From: Schizochytrium sp. TIO01
Lineage: Eukaryota; Protista; Bigyra: Labyrinthulomycetes
Assembly (NCBI GenBank): GCA_004764695.1
Contig: SMSO01000014.1
Span: forward strand, 6,996,029-7,060,028
Direction of reading: 5' to 3'
Length of the DNA stretch: 64,000 bases
Made by a program: the position numbers and the translations under genes. Positions 44,316 through 56,500 of the stretch are shown one piece after another (position 1 is the first letter of the stretch; every line of letters begins with the position of its first letter). The notes under the pieces were generated by a model that was not told the DNA's origin, ran no database searches, and saw only the letters and a program-made list of their open reading frames with translations.

Positions 44316-46446
44316 TCATGCATGATCTGTTGTCGATTCGAGACGAAACACGTCTCCAAGTGCCCGACGGGCTCGCTCTTGTAGCTTCGCAACTTCCTCA
44401 CGATGTGAGCGCTCGAGATCACGGATGTGATCCTTTTGGCGAGCAATTTCAGCCTCAAAGCGAAGAGTATCTTGCTCATGCTTGTTCTCCGAGGCCTCTT
44501 GTTGCAACTTGGCCTCCTCACGAATTCGCTTCTCCAATTCCCATAACCGGGACTTATGTTCACTCGCAAGCTCTTTGCATGCGTTTGCAACTTCTGTGCG
44601 CACAGCTTCGGCAAGAGCCTGCTCCACAGCCTGCTCACAAGCGACAGCAACCGCTTGTGCTGTCTGCGCTTCGTGCTCCACCTCACGCTGAGAAACATAA
44701 CTCTGGTGCTCTTTCTTGAGTTTGTCAGTCAGCTCCTGACGTGATGTCTCCGCTTGCAAATTAGCACGGGCAAGCTCCTCAGCATGTTTCGCGCGAAGCT
44801 CGGAGCACTGATGTTCACCACGCTCACGAGCTTTTCTTGTCGACTCCTCCATCTCTTTCTCGCGTGAGTTAATGGTGCTATGCAACTTTTCTACTTCGTC
44901 TGCATGCGCATCGTTAACCTTTTCGAGTTGGTGTTCTAACTTGCGAAGCTCAGCGCTATGTTCATCGCGCACACGCACAAGGCTTTCTTCGAGCAACATC
45001 CGTTCTTTAAAGCCCTCTTCCCGTGTCTTAGAAAGTGTCAATCTCTCTTCATCAAGCTTCTGAAGCAAATTTGTTCTTTCCTGGCGTACAGAAGCCAGAG
45101 ATTCCTCAATGCTAGCCCGCAACTGAACTTCACGGTCCACTGTTCGTGTTAGAGCTGCATTTTCAGTCTGTAAGTCTCGCACATTGTCACGAAGCTCGGC
45201 AAGATCCTTTTGCAAGTCTGCATTTCGAGACTTCAACCCAGACACCTCGTCTTGCAAAAGTTGTCGATCAGACCTTTCCCTCAAAAACGCAGTATGGATA
45301 CTCTCCTTCTCTTCAAGAGCTAAAGAGGCTTGGGTTTGAGCTGTTTGGGCTTGCCGAAGGACTTCATTACGCGCTTCGCGCTCGCTACACAGGTCTGCAT
45401 GGGCCTTTTCCGAGTAGATCTTGAAACTTTTTAACATGGACTTCTAGCTCCACAACTCGGTCAGCAAAGACACGGTGATCCTCTTCATCCTCATCTTGCT
45501 TTAGTTTACGTGTTGCTTCCCGTGCAACCACTAAGAACTCTTCGGGGTCTTCGCAAGAGGTAGCCAGTCCACTACTGAAACGCAGCCGTCTGGCAAGATT
45601 AGCTAGCTTCTCCTCATCTACGGCCTCTTTCACACGCGGATGCCGATTACGATCAAGAGTTTCCTCCAGCTTTGTCGAGTCTGTAGTTGCAACCCCATTT
45701 CCCATGAGGAGAACATCACGCAGTGTGTAGTTTGCATCGGAGATTGCACTAACAAGTTTGCGGCCTCCACAAGAACCGAGCTCATTCCATCGTAAATCAA
45801 GCCTTCTCAAACCAACATTAGCTCGCAAAGCGCGCCCAAGACTTACACCAGCGTCGGGTCCGATTTGGTTATTGCGTAGGTCAAGGTCTTGCAGGGTTTG
45901 GTTGACCTCGAGGCTTGAAGCTAACTTTCGCACGCTTATGTCGCTGATGCCGATGCGATTCCACTCTAAACTCAAGAAGCGAAGCGTTCGATTCATGCGC
46001 AAAGCTTCTGCGATGGCATCGGCGCCATCACTACCAATGTGGTTGCCACGCAAGTCTAGCCTGATCAGCATCGTACTCGATGCTATCTCTTGCATCAAAC
46101 GAACACAGCCACTATCACCTAAAAATTTGTCACCTAAAGATAGAACACCGTTCTCTGGGTCCCGATACTGACGACGTGGAGTATTCGCGGCGTCGCTACG
46201 AACCTCTTCGCACGTATTGACAATGTTGAATTCATTCTTACCATGCTTTTCTTCTCTACGATCATCTTTACGTTGCACAGTTGAGTGCTGGGCATCTACT
46301 TCAGATGAACGAGATCTTGGCTCTAGCTTCTCTTCGTCCTCCTCGAGACCAACACCAATATCACCAAACGTCTTCTCCTTGACAGGGCTTGTTTCTTCAT
46401 GATTCAAGTCTGCGAAGCCATCCTCATTATTGCGCGTGCTCAACAT
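44316..46446 (-). CDS. LRRC45: LRRC45-like centrosomal LRR plus coiled-coil protein, interrupted by a 1-nt frameshift near 45411
   Basis: The upstream ORF (first ATG 46446) has LRRs closely matching LRRC45 (LDLRGNHIG..GA.A; LSLEWN.IG; LDLRNNQI; LDLRWN.LG..GGR). The overlapping ORF 44316-45437 is pure coiled coil. Removing one G at 45410/45411 joins them into 709 aa. Confidence 0.8.
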
Positions 46447-47297
46447 CCTCAAGAAGACCTGCAATGACTCGTGATATTGCCTTGCAGGGCCAAGTAGGAC
46501 TGAAGCCTGCTGCAAATGCAACCTTCTTTGCCCTCTTTACTTGCAATCACGAAAGGGCCATATCCCTTCGCTTCGCAACGTGTATACAGGTTTGCAAAGG
46601 ACTATAAAGCTTAGGCGACGACAGGCTCTCTATACTTTGCTATACTTTGTATTTAAAAAGCAGTAGACATAGAGCAATTACTCTAAAAGTCTACCTCCAG
46701 TCAATCTACCACCTACGAAGGTTAAACAGCTGACCAGGCAAAATAACAACCAAGCTTTAACTTTTTAACGATGTACTCAGGATTCTCCAATTTCTCCACT
46801 GTTGTCAATCCCTCGTCTTGCTGCACTCGCTGTGAGCAAAACCAACACAATCGCTTTCACGTAAGGCCTCCTTTCTTGTCATCATCATACATTGACAGTA
46901 GTACTGAAAACTCCCAACAGACGCCAACGGTCAAATCGGGAGCGCCGCCAGTGAGTTGGTCGCCTACGTATTTCCCCGCGATACAACCCGCTACAAAATA
47001 CACTTCCTTCCTGCGTGGGTGCCCATAATACATCACGAGTGACGTTGAGTCTATGCAAAGTGATTCTCAAAGCTTTTGTATCATACACTGGCGCGTTTGG
47101 TGTCCTTATATAGTTTGTTCTCTTGGTTTCTCTTCGATCAGCATTCTTCCTTTCATTGTCATATTTGTTTTTAATCTTAAAAAGTTTTTTGGTTAGCTTT
47201 TTCTTTTTTCCTCCGTTTTTGCTTTTTAGCATTTTGCTTTTTGGTTTTAGAGACAGCAGCATGGCCGATAACTGGTTAGGTCGCGAGCAAAATCGGG

Positions 47298-50273
47298 ATG
47301 AACGCGCAGAACCGGAGACAATGGCGACCGGAGCTGGAGGAAAAGGCCAGCTGGAGTGTAGAGGACATCCCTCTTGCACCGCCTGCTCCGCCAAGCACAG
47401 CTGTGCGTGAGGGTTTTGGACATTTCGAGGACGTCGAGGAGTCCGTGAGGTTGCGAGCTAGTGCCGGGGATAAGCTGAGGCTGCTGAGAAAGACCAAGAG
47501 GAGATCAAGAAGCACTTCGCACGAAAATGCAAATTCTGCTGGACTCCATGCAGAAAGAATTCTAGTGGCAGCTCGAATTCGACCCTCGCTTCCAGGAGAA
47601 GAAGCAAGGCATGTTAACGGCCGCAAAGCAGTGCTTGCAGATCCTTGGCAAAACACAGTCTCTGCATGGCTTCCACCTTCATCAAAGTACTCACAGACCC
47701 CAGAAAAAGCCAAGCGTAAAGTTTTCGACTTTGATCATGTCTTTGATGCAGCAAGCACACAAGCAGATGTTTTTGACAAGGTTGGAAAACCACTTGTGGA
47801 AAATGTCCTCCAGGGTATTAATGGATGTCTTCTAGCGTATGGACAAACTGGAGCTGGGAAGACCTTCACAACATTCGGACCTTTGCATTTAAAGCAGCAG
47901 GGGGATCAAGCACAGGCCGGTCTCCTTCCACGAATTGCACATGAATTATTTGCAGAGTTAAACACTCGTGTTGAGGTTGCCCGGAATGCTGCGAAGGTAT
48001 CCCGTCAGCAGCAGCAACAACAACAACACGGTAGGGGGCAGCTACAGCAAGTCCGATACTCATATGCACTTTATGTGACCTATTATCAAATTTATTTGGA
48101 CTCGTATATTCAAGATCTCCTAAACCCGAGCCAGTGCCAACTGCAGATTCGGCTTCTTGAACCAGAAAATAACAGCAAAGCCTCTTCTTCACCAGCATGC
48201 CATCAAGTCGAGGGTCTTTCAGTGCACCGAGTCACCTCAGTTACTGATATTTTGCAGCTCTTAACTCGAGGGGATCGTTCAAAGGTAGTCTCTCAAACCT
48301 CAATGAACGCGAAATCATCTCGATCCCATTCCATCTTCACTCTCCAACTTGTTCAGCATTCTAGCGGAATGGGAACCGACACCCCTCCACAAACAACACG
48401 AGCTAAGCTTACTTGTGTCGATCTTGCAGGTTCAGAGCGTGTCAATAGGACGCACCCTCAAGGTCTTCAGCTGGAGGAAGCCAAAAGTATCAACCGGTCC
48501 CTTTCTGCTTTGGGAAATGTCATCGCTGCCCTTGGTACCCCGGGGACATTGACAGAAACTCAATCCTACTCTGATACTGGTTCCCGAGGGGCTGAAGAAT
48601 CAAGCTTTATCCCTTGGAGAGACTCGAAGCTGACGAGGGTGCTGCAAGAAAGCTTATCTGGCCGAGCTCGCGTATCACTGGTGATTAATGTGGGACCTGG
48701 CGCAGAAAATGTAAAAGAGAGTATTAACTCGCTGCTATTCGGGCGCAGATCCATGAGTGTAAGCCTTGAACCCCAAATTAATGCCAAAGTTGACTACAAA
48801 CAGCTAGCCGAGGATTTGCAATCTGCAATGGACAATATGGCTGCAGCATATCAAGCTCGCCTTGCAGAGATGGAAGATGCCTTGCTAGAAAGAAATGGAT
48901 TTCCACGCGATGATCAAGACGACGCTGAAAACAATGAGAACTTAATATCCATGCTTCGAGCAGAGCTTAACTCTCGAGAACAGGAGATCAAGGCCCTGCG
49001 CGAGTCCCAGGATCTGCTTGAGGAAGCTTTATTTGAGCAGCTTGAAATCAACACCAAGCTTGAAGCCGAAATGGGACAAGAGGTATCTCTGGCACCATCG
49101 AAGGAAACTAAGGTCCAAGCAAGCACGCTTGATGTAGACATTCACCTTCGCGCCCGAGTGGAGGTGTTGCAGGAACAATTACACGAGGCTTCGTTACAAG
49201 CAGCGCGTGATCAGCAGCGAGCTGAGGATCTTCAAGTTCAAGCTGCTACTCTTAGTCAAGCGAAAGAGGAGCTAGAGTCAGAGCTTGCTCAAGCCCGGGA
49301 TTTGCTTGAATCTACTCAAGCGTACAAAGTGCTTGATCTTAAAACATCGCTCGAAGATCTGAGGGAAAAGTTTAAGGGAATGTGTTCTCAGAAAAATGCC
49401 GATGATGATCCACCCACACACGCCCGCTTAAAATCGCCACGCAATAGGCGGCGAAACCGCCGTAGTCGAGCGAAGTCCATAGATAGCAAGGGAACCTTGG
49501 AGGATACAGGAACAGAAATGAAACAGATTAGCTTACCTGCAGAAAGGAATATATCTGAGACCTATCAGGAAGTTCTTCAACAGCTTGAAGAAATGAAAGC
49601 TGAGAAGGTCGATCTTGAAAGCAAGTGCACTGTCTATCAGGATCGCATTGTAGAGCTCGAGTCAAGCATTGAACGGGCAAAAGAGGAAACAAAGAGCACA
49701 GAAGAAAGATTCGCTGCAGAGCTAGAAAAGCAAACCAATATATTATCTGAGCGCGCTCTCTGTGCCGAAACTGAGTTGACTAATCTGCGCATGGAGTCTC
49801 AGACGCAGTCTGGTAGCATTGAAGCACTAGAAAAGGAGCTAGAGAGTGCTCGCGCGGAGTTTGTTGCTACTTCCAAGATGCCTGATACAGAGCTATCTAC
49901 AGAGTTGGAAAATGTACGATCTCATGCACACGGTCTTGAGGAGGAGCTCTGTAAAGCCAAAGAGGCGTATAGATCCCAAGAGGAACGTGTCAATGTTATG
50001 AAAGAGCGTCTTGATTCTGCAGAAGCCAAGTTTGAAGCTATGTTGACACTTCACTCTGAGGAGCGGGGTATCTATGAAAGCATGTTGCGAGAGTTGAGTA
50101 ACAAGGACTCTACTCGTCCACATTTTACAGCACTTGCCCCTCTCGAGGACGTTGAGGAAAATGACATGCTGGCCAGTCCAGATTCCCTCTTGTCTTCACC
50201 CAGGCTACAAAGTGCATTGAAGCGATCAAAGATGGCTCTTGCTAGAGCGATGGAGGCGATCAATGATGTATAA
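47298..50273 (+). CDS. Kinesin with N-terminal motor domain and long coiled-coil tail; motor/neck resembles ARK-type kinesins
   Basis: P-loop GQTGAGKT, switch I NAKSSRSH, switch II DLAGSER, INRSLSALGNVI and IPWRDSKLTRVLQESL; neck LLFGRRSM...VDYKQLA. Confidence 0.95.
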   Translation: MNAQNRRQWRPELEEKASWSVEDIPLAPPAPPSTAVREGFGHFEDVEESVRLRASAGDKLRLLRKTKRRSRSTSHENANSAGLHAERILVAARIRPSLPGEEARHVNGRKAVLADPWQNTVSAWLPPSSKYSQTPEKAKRKVFDFDHVFDAASTQADVFDKVGKPLVENVLQGINGCLLAYGQTGAGKTFTTFGPLHLKQQGDQAQAGLLPRIAHELFAELNTRVEVARNAAKVSRQQQQQQQHGRGQLQQVRYSYALYVTYYQIYLDSYIQDLLNPSQCQLQIRLLEPENNSKASSSPACHQVEGLSVHRVTSVTDILQLLTRGDRSKVVSQTSMNAKSSRSHSIFTLQLVQHSSGMGTDTPPQTTRAKLTCVDLAGSERVNRTHPQGLQLEEAKSINRSLSALGNVIAALGTPGTLTETQSYSDTGSRGAEESSFIPWRDSKLTRVLQESLSGRARVSLVINVGPGAENVKESINSLLFGRRSMSVSLEPQINAKVDYKQLAEDLQSAMDNMAAAYQARLAEMEDALLERNGFPRDDQDDAENNENLISMLRAELNSREQEIKALRESQDLLEEALFEQLEINTKLEAEMGQEVSLAPSKETKVQASTLDVDIHLRARVEVLQEQLHEASLQAARDQQRAEDLQVQAATLSQAKEELESELAQARDLLESTQAYKVLDLKTSLEDLREKFKGMCSQKNADDDPPTHARLKSPRNRRRNRRSRAKSIDSKGTLEDTGTEMKQISLPAERNISETYQEVLQQLEEMKAEKVDLESKCTVYQDRIVELESSIERAKEETKSTEERFAAELEKQTNILSERALCAETELTNLRMESQTQSGSIEALEKELESARAEFVATSKMPDTELSTELENVRSHAHGLEEELCKAKEAYRSQEERVNVMKERLDSAEAKFEAMLTLHSEERGIYESMLRELSNKDSTRPHFTALAPLEDVEENDMLASPDSLLSSPRLQSALKRSKMALARAMEAINDV

Positions 50274-50896
50274 CATTTGAAACGTTAAAAGAATACTTTA
50301 TTACGTGCGGTACAAATCGCATGAGCAGAAATGATCAAGTCCTCTAAAGGCCGTACGCTTGCTTCTCTTGCGTCGATCATCGCTATGTTGTCAAGAACGT
50401 CATGGTATCAAAAACACTATCAGAAACAATTTAAAAAAGAAAAGAGGGTGTACTAATAGTAGTAGGGTAGGTAAAATCTATGCATGTATCATTTGTTCGT
50501 GATCACCAAGGGCAGAAGCAATAGCCCTTCCAGCTGCCTCAGCGGCTGAAGATTGATTTGGTTGAAAGCTTGTTTGTGTGCCGTTTGCTTTGACTCCTGC
50601 TGTCACAGAGATCAAGTCGAGGCCGCTTTGACTCCCTATTCATCAATGGAAAAAGCGAGATTGTTTTCGTGTCAAGCCAAGAAAAGCTAAATAGGAGCGA
50701 GAATGATGTGATGCCTCTATTGAAAAGGAAGGCCATCGAAGCAATACACTTCATTTCGAAAAGGGCTCAATGCGGCCACTCTCCTGTTTCGGTCAGGCCA
50801 GTGGTCGGGCGAGGTGAGGTAAGAAATTGTACCACGGTTGCAGTAGTAGAATAAGTATGGAAAAGTGATGGGGAAAGTAAGATTGTATGGCGATTC

Positions 50897-52144
50897 TTAC
50901 GCCGTTTTGATTCTTCCAGACTCAAGAAGTTCCGGCTTGCGATGAACGAGGAAGTGCTCGATCTCGTCCCACACACGATGTTGTTGCAAGGAGTCCTGGT
51001 GGCGACTTTCTTTCTTGAGAGGAATTTTGACAACATTCCAGTCACTGATGTGCGGTTCAAGTTTCTTGTCATCAAAGTAAATATGCAAACCGCGGCAGGA
51101 GTTAAATATTTGCGCAGTATCGCGCAACCTCCAATCCTTGAATTGCCATTCAGGGCCGAATGTGATGACGGCAGCGAGGCGGTTCCAGTGCTGATCCTGA
51201 AAGCGCTTGACAGAGTCCACGATCTTGAATCGAATGAATCCGTATTCGCCGATCTTCTTCTCAATATACACCTCAGAACGACGTGCAGGGTCTCTCTTCT
51301 TGGCCTCCATAGGGTGGACATAGTGTCCATCCACGAGGAAATCGCGTACGTTATACAGCGTAATAGGTGCTGTGGGCGCCGCAGGTACAACGATGATGGG
51401 GCAACCAATGTTAAGGCGACGCTTCGTTTCAGGGCGTCCTCCCTGCATGCCAGGCATACCATGCTTTCCCTGCCCTCTGTGCGCCTCGTTCACCAGACGC
51501 AGCACATCTGCCGCAAAGTTATGCGAGCTCATAAGAACGTTGATGCGGTCCCTCCGCACCCCCTCTCGCTTTTGAATCTTCCTCAACAACATGTCCTCGG
51601 GACTTTGTCTCGGCTTCTGCCTTGATCCCGTGCCGTCCAAGTCCCCATCGTCGCCCACCCTGGTGCCTTCCGCACCAGACTTGTCTCCCCGAGACCTGAG
51701 GCCGTCAGCGTCCGTGCCTCCAAGGTGGCCATCAGCTCCTACTGCAGAGCCACGACCAGCGGGATGATCACCTCCTGCAAGGTTTGCACCCGCATCGCCG
51801 TCGATGGTGAAGTACTTTGAGACGGATGCGAGCTCTCCCTGAAGAAATGGAAGGAGCTCTCTTCTGCCCGCAACGAACTTAATCGAGAGCAGGTTAGGGA
51901 AACGGGCTCTTTCTTTGGCAACAAGAGTGGTGTACTCTGTGATGTTGTGGCTGTTCATGACATAGAGCGCAATGGAGCCCACGGATACAGGCCTGGCGTC
52001 GTCTATCATTCGGAGAGGGGTTTCGAGTGACTTTGGCAGCTTTGTGCCGTCCTCAAGTTGCACGGAATCTCCAGCATCGCGGATAGTCTGCTTCGCGCTC
52101 ACCGCGGCACGAAGCTTCGATAAAGCCTCTGATCCGCTTGACAT
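50897..52144 (-). CDS. CDC73: Parafibromin / CDC73, PAF1 complex subunit
   Basis: C-terminal Ras-like domain motifs PIIVVP...ITLYNVRDFL.DG.YV, WNRLAAVITFGPEWQFKDW, WNV..I...KESRHQD; N-terminal RRELLPFLQG. First ATG is at 52144. Confidence 0.92.
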   Translation of the reverse strand: MSSGSEALSKLRAAVSAKQTIRDAGDSVQLEDGTKLPKSLETPLRMIDDARPVSVGSIALYVMNSHNITEYTTLVAKERARFPNLLSIKFVAGRRELLPFLQGELASVSKYFTIDGDAGANLAGGDHPAGRGSAVGADGHLGGTDADGLRSRGDKSGAEGTRVGDDGDLDGTGSRQKPRQSPEDMLLRKIQKREGVRRDRINVLMSSHNFAADVLRLVNEAHRGQGKHGMPGMQGGRPETKRRLNIGCPIIVVPAAPTAPITLYNVRDFLVDGHYVHPMEAKKRDPARRSEVYIEKKIGEYGFIRFKIVDSVKRFQDQHWNRLAAVITFGPEWQFKDWRLRDTAQIFNSCRGLHIYFDDKKLEPHISDWNVVKIPLKKESRHQDSLQQHRVWDEIEHFLVHRKPELLESGRIKTA

Positions 52145-53583
52145 TTTGTGATCGTAAACCTCTGTGCCTTTGGTGCCCACAACCTCGATCCTCTTCAGAC
52201 CAGCGATGTGAATACAACCAGTGCGGCAGAAATCTTAATGCTTTGGAATGCCTCGCAAATGCTCTAAAAAATCGGAGTAGAGTATGAAGATTCTACGAAA
52301 GAGACAGAAGAACTTATTCGCAAAGACGATGCCGAAAATTTGCAACGAGACTTATTATAAGCAGTGCAGAAGACCAAAGATCAAAGATCAAAGGTTCGGG
52401 ATCAACACCAGGCAGGACAGTAGCGGCAATGTAGATCAATCAAGCCCGATGAGAGTGTGGAAACGACAGCACAAAGTACCCACTTAGAAGGGAAGGCAAT
52501 ACGCACCAAAGCAGAAAGTGAGGGGCGTGGAAGCGCGAGCGAACGGCGCGAAGGAGAAGAGCAAAGCTACTAAGCCAATGAATCAACGAGCAAGTGAGAG
52601 AGAGACAAAGCAAGCAAAGACCGCAACGTCAAAAGCCGGAAGAGCGTGTTTGCGCTCCAGATCCAGATGCTCGCGGAGCGCCGTCCGACCGGAAGACGAT
52701 GACGAGGAGGTTGCTATTCTGCTCAGCCCTGCTCCGCTAGTCTTTGCTCCTCTTCGTTTGTTTCCTCTTATTTTAATTAATCATCCTCGCGCGATCTCAT
52801 TGTAAATAGGTTATAGAGAATTTGTAAAGCTAACTATTTATTTATTTCACTTGTTCCATTCCGTAACTAATGATTTGTTTGTCTTGCAGCTTTGAACAAT
52901 AATGCGAAGACTAAGGAAGGCTGTTCCAAGCTTATAAAAAAGAACATCTTATGCTTTTGCATTAGACTACAACGGTTGAGCTGATAGTGTTGCCAAGAGA
53001 TACCTAGCGGTACTACCTAGACACTCAAAGGCTTCACCCAATTAAGTGTAGAGCAGCTGACGATGAAGAAGATCAAGAAGGAGACAGGACCTGTTATAGT
53101 TATAAGTGTATGCACATGGATGGGTGTGTGGAAGAATGTGAGGTTGCGAGGAAGAATTGGCTCACATCGAGAAATATGTCGATCATAAAGGCAGATGGGA
53201 AATTTTGGCTGGTGTTTTTTCTTCTAATATCATCGTTTGGAAAATATGAAAGGGACAGTTATCAATGAACAATTTAATTTTACTCGCTGGGATATCACTT
53301 AAATTCTCTATTTGATGCAAGGAATTAATGCTACTCTCAGCAATGCCTAGCTTGAGGGATGGATTAGATTATGAATCGAATGAGATTGGAAAGAAAAAAT
53401 CTATTTCATGAAATTCATAGATGTCCACGTTGGTGGCATGCATTTTATTATAAAGAAAATCACTCTTTAAAAGGAAGGATCATAGTTTTCTGTTGATGGT
53501 CCTGCGTAAGTAAGACATGCAAGCTCACATGCAAATTTGCACGGTCTTGGAATGGTACAGCAATGCTTTAAAGGTGTATTTGT

Positions 53584-56500
53584 TTAGATGAGGTCAGAAG
53601 TGCGAAGTGCTTCTTGAGACTCTTGCGGAAGCTGAGAAATGAGCATGGATCGTTGCTGCGGGTCAGCGACGGACTTAAGAAGCGCGGCAGCAACCTTGGG
53701 CAAAGCCTCCTCGGTGCTTTTGTTGACAATCTCTTTAACCTCACTGTCATCTGCATCGTCAGAATCAGCAACCTGTTCATTATGAATGACGGTTGCCAAC
53801 AAGGATGAGACAATGCGCAAGAGCTGTGGGATGTTGGATTGGTTGGGACCAATCACACCATCGTCATTGGCATTTACCAGCTTGACCAAAAGACCGTGTG
53901 AGTATTTTGCCTCATCGAGATCTTCGCTCAAGGGAAGATTTTGCAACCAAGTCTGCATCACAGCCTTCCCGTCAACATTTTGCTTGTGGTATAAGTAAAT
54001 CTTGCCAAGAACAGATACTGCGTTTTCTGTAACGTCGAGGTTCTCCTCATCACGCGCATCAGGCCGGTTTACAATGGCGCTGAGGAGCTGGACAATGCGG
54101 CCAGCATCGGCCTTGAAATGCTGCTGCGCATGCTCTGCGACCTGACCCAAACCATAAATTGCACTCTGTTGGAGAAGCTCATTCTCGCTTTGAGCATTCT
54201 GCACCATTGCAGGGTAGCATGAGTTCAAGTACTTATGGGCTCCCTCGCCACCATATTCGATGATGTCATCGTACAGGCACATGGCGTTGTGGCGAAGAGT
54301 CTCGTTCTGATCGACGAGAAGGATTGAGAGGAACGGGTGCAAGATCTGGTCAAACACGGGAATGACCATGGGGCCTGTCATTTTCAGAATGTATCCAATA
54401 CTGTCCACGATGTCGGTCATAAACTCTGTCTCCCACTCGTTTAGCTCCTCCATGTACTCTTCGATGGCATCCTCTTCGTAGCCAGCATTCTGCATGCGCA
54501 TGACAGCCTCCGCACGGCGCTGGACGCTGCGAGCGGCAACACTGCGGAGCACGTTGACCATTTGAGGAACGAGTTGAAGAGGAGGCACAAGCTCAGGTTT
54601 CGGGCGGCCGCTCTCTTCATCGTAGTCCTCGCCGCCAGAGTACCAGCAGATGCGCATGCAGCGTTCAAAAGCACTTGCAAACCCAGCGCGGTGCTCAGGG
54701 CCAGAGCTGTGCTCCAAGGGGTCTTCACCAGTCTCATCCTGGCTAGCCTGCTCCAGGCCTGAAAGAAGAGCTGTGCAGATGGTGACAAGGATTTTCTGGG
54801 CAGGCTCCATAGAATGACCCTGCTCGAAGAGAGACTTCCAGGCTGCATGCAAAAGCGAAGCACCGCCTTCAGCAGCCTTGACAGCAGCATACACGTTGAG
54901 CTTATCATTGATTGCCGGGAGGACAACAGAGAGTGCTTCCTCCAGAAAGGGGCTCATACCCGCACCAACGGAGTCTGCAATGCTGTCAAGGGCATCAAGA
55001 GCATTGACACGCATCTGCAGAACATAGACATTGGCTGTCACACGGTATGTTCCTGATCCACGTACCTCATGCGTCACAGTTGCGAGGCCATTCGAGTCTT
55101 CGAGCATGCCAGATTCCAGCGCGGCAACAGCAGCACTGGCAGATGACATACCTCCTTCTCCGTCTTGATCTCCCGCAAGAACATCTTGCATCTTGAGACC
55201 CACATCCATGTTCAGCGCACGATAGATCATCGGCAAAACGTGCGGGAGATACGGCACGAAGTCATCTCCAAGCACGACTGATACGCGTTTGCAAAAGTCA
55301 AAGATTCCATCTTGTGCCATGTAATCCTCCGCACTTGATTGCAAAAGCAAGCTCATGACCTCGTCCGCGTCCTTTTGAAATCTCTCCTTGCCAACAGCTT
55401 CTGCAATTGCCGCGATGCATGACATCGCTGCACCACGAAGAGCGCCGCCACCTCGAGCTTCTTGTTCCTCTCCAGCTCCACGCATTTGCACTGGAGCTTG
55501 ACCTGCAGGTGCAGCAATCACCTGCTTAATACCCGGCACAAGATCATCGTAGAAAGCCCCAAAGCCGGCTCCAGCAACACCTGCAACTCTTCCTAGCGCC
55601 ATCATGGCGTCCTCCTGAAGTCCCACTGACCCGTTCTGCAAACACACCACAAGAGCTCCAATAATACGTTGCGTCTCTGCTGCTTGAATTTTCTCCGTTG
55701 GGCAAATTTCCTCGTCGAGGAATGCCTCGAGGCCACGGCATGCACACGACCGGACTGCATTGCTACTTCTGGCAACAGCATCGTTCTGGGGATCCAACGC
55801 ATTCAAAAGTGTCATTAGCACAGCTCCGCCAAGCTCGGCGTTTTCGCCACAGAAAGCTCCCTTAAGGCCTGGTGAGAGCACAAGCTCACGGAGAGTCGCC
55901 AGGGCCATGAACCTCACACGTTGGTCGCCATCTGCAAAGAGATGCTGTACGGAGCTGAAAAGCTCTGAGACAGAGGCCAATAGCTGCTTTCCGAGTGACT
56001 CGGCCAGCACGCCAATCGTGGAGATCGCTGCGAGGCGCTCTGCCGCGGAGCTCGACTGCAGCGCAGGTCCCACGGCGTGGAAGACAGCCTTGAGGAATGC
56101 TTCCTTATCAGCATCCGCGGAGATGCTTGCAGCGAGGGTTTCCAAAGCAGATAACGCGCTGCCTCTCATGCCTGGGTTCAAGACCAGGAGCATGTCGGCG
56201 GCGGAAGGGTGGAAGTCTTCGGTCCAGTCATCAAGCCAATCTTCGTCTTCGCACTGAAGTCGAAGTAAAAGTTTTACAAGGTTGTCCACAAAGCCAGCGT
56301 CGCCACCCAGAGCCAGCTTGGATCGTTTGCGAGCGAGCTCTACAAAGAGCTGCAACGTCTGGCATCGTGTGCCGTCTTCCAGAGCGGACTTGTCTGTGAG
56401 CTGCAGAAGCGACATGCATGAGGCTCCAAGTTCCTTATCAAAGGCCCACATACACTTTCCACTGAGTGAATCTAGAGCGTCGAGCATCCGGCTACCTTGA

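Noticed and set aside
46885-47394. 169-aa minus-strand ORF with a Lys-rich tract
   Set aside because: It derives from a T-rich, intron- or UTR-like tract upstream of the kinesin and overlaps its start antisense.
50767-51625. 231-aa and 227-aa ORFs overlapping CDC73
   Set aside because: Alternative-frame and antisense shadows of a well-supported gene, with no motifs.
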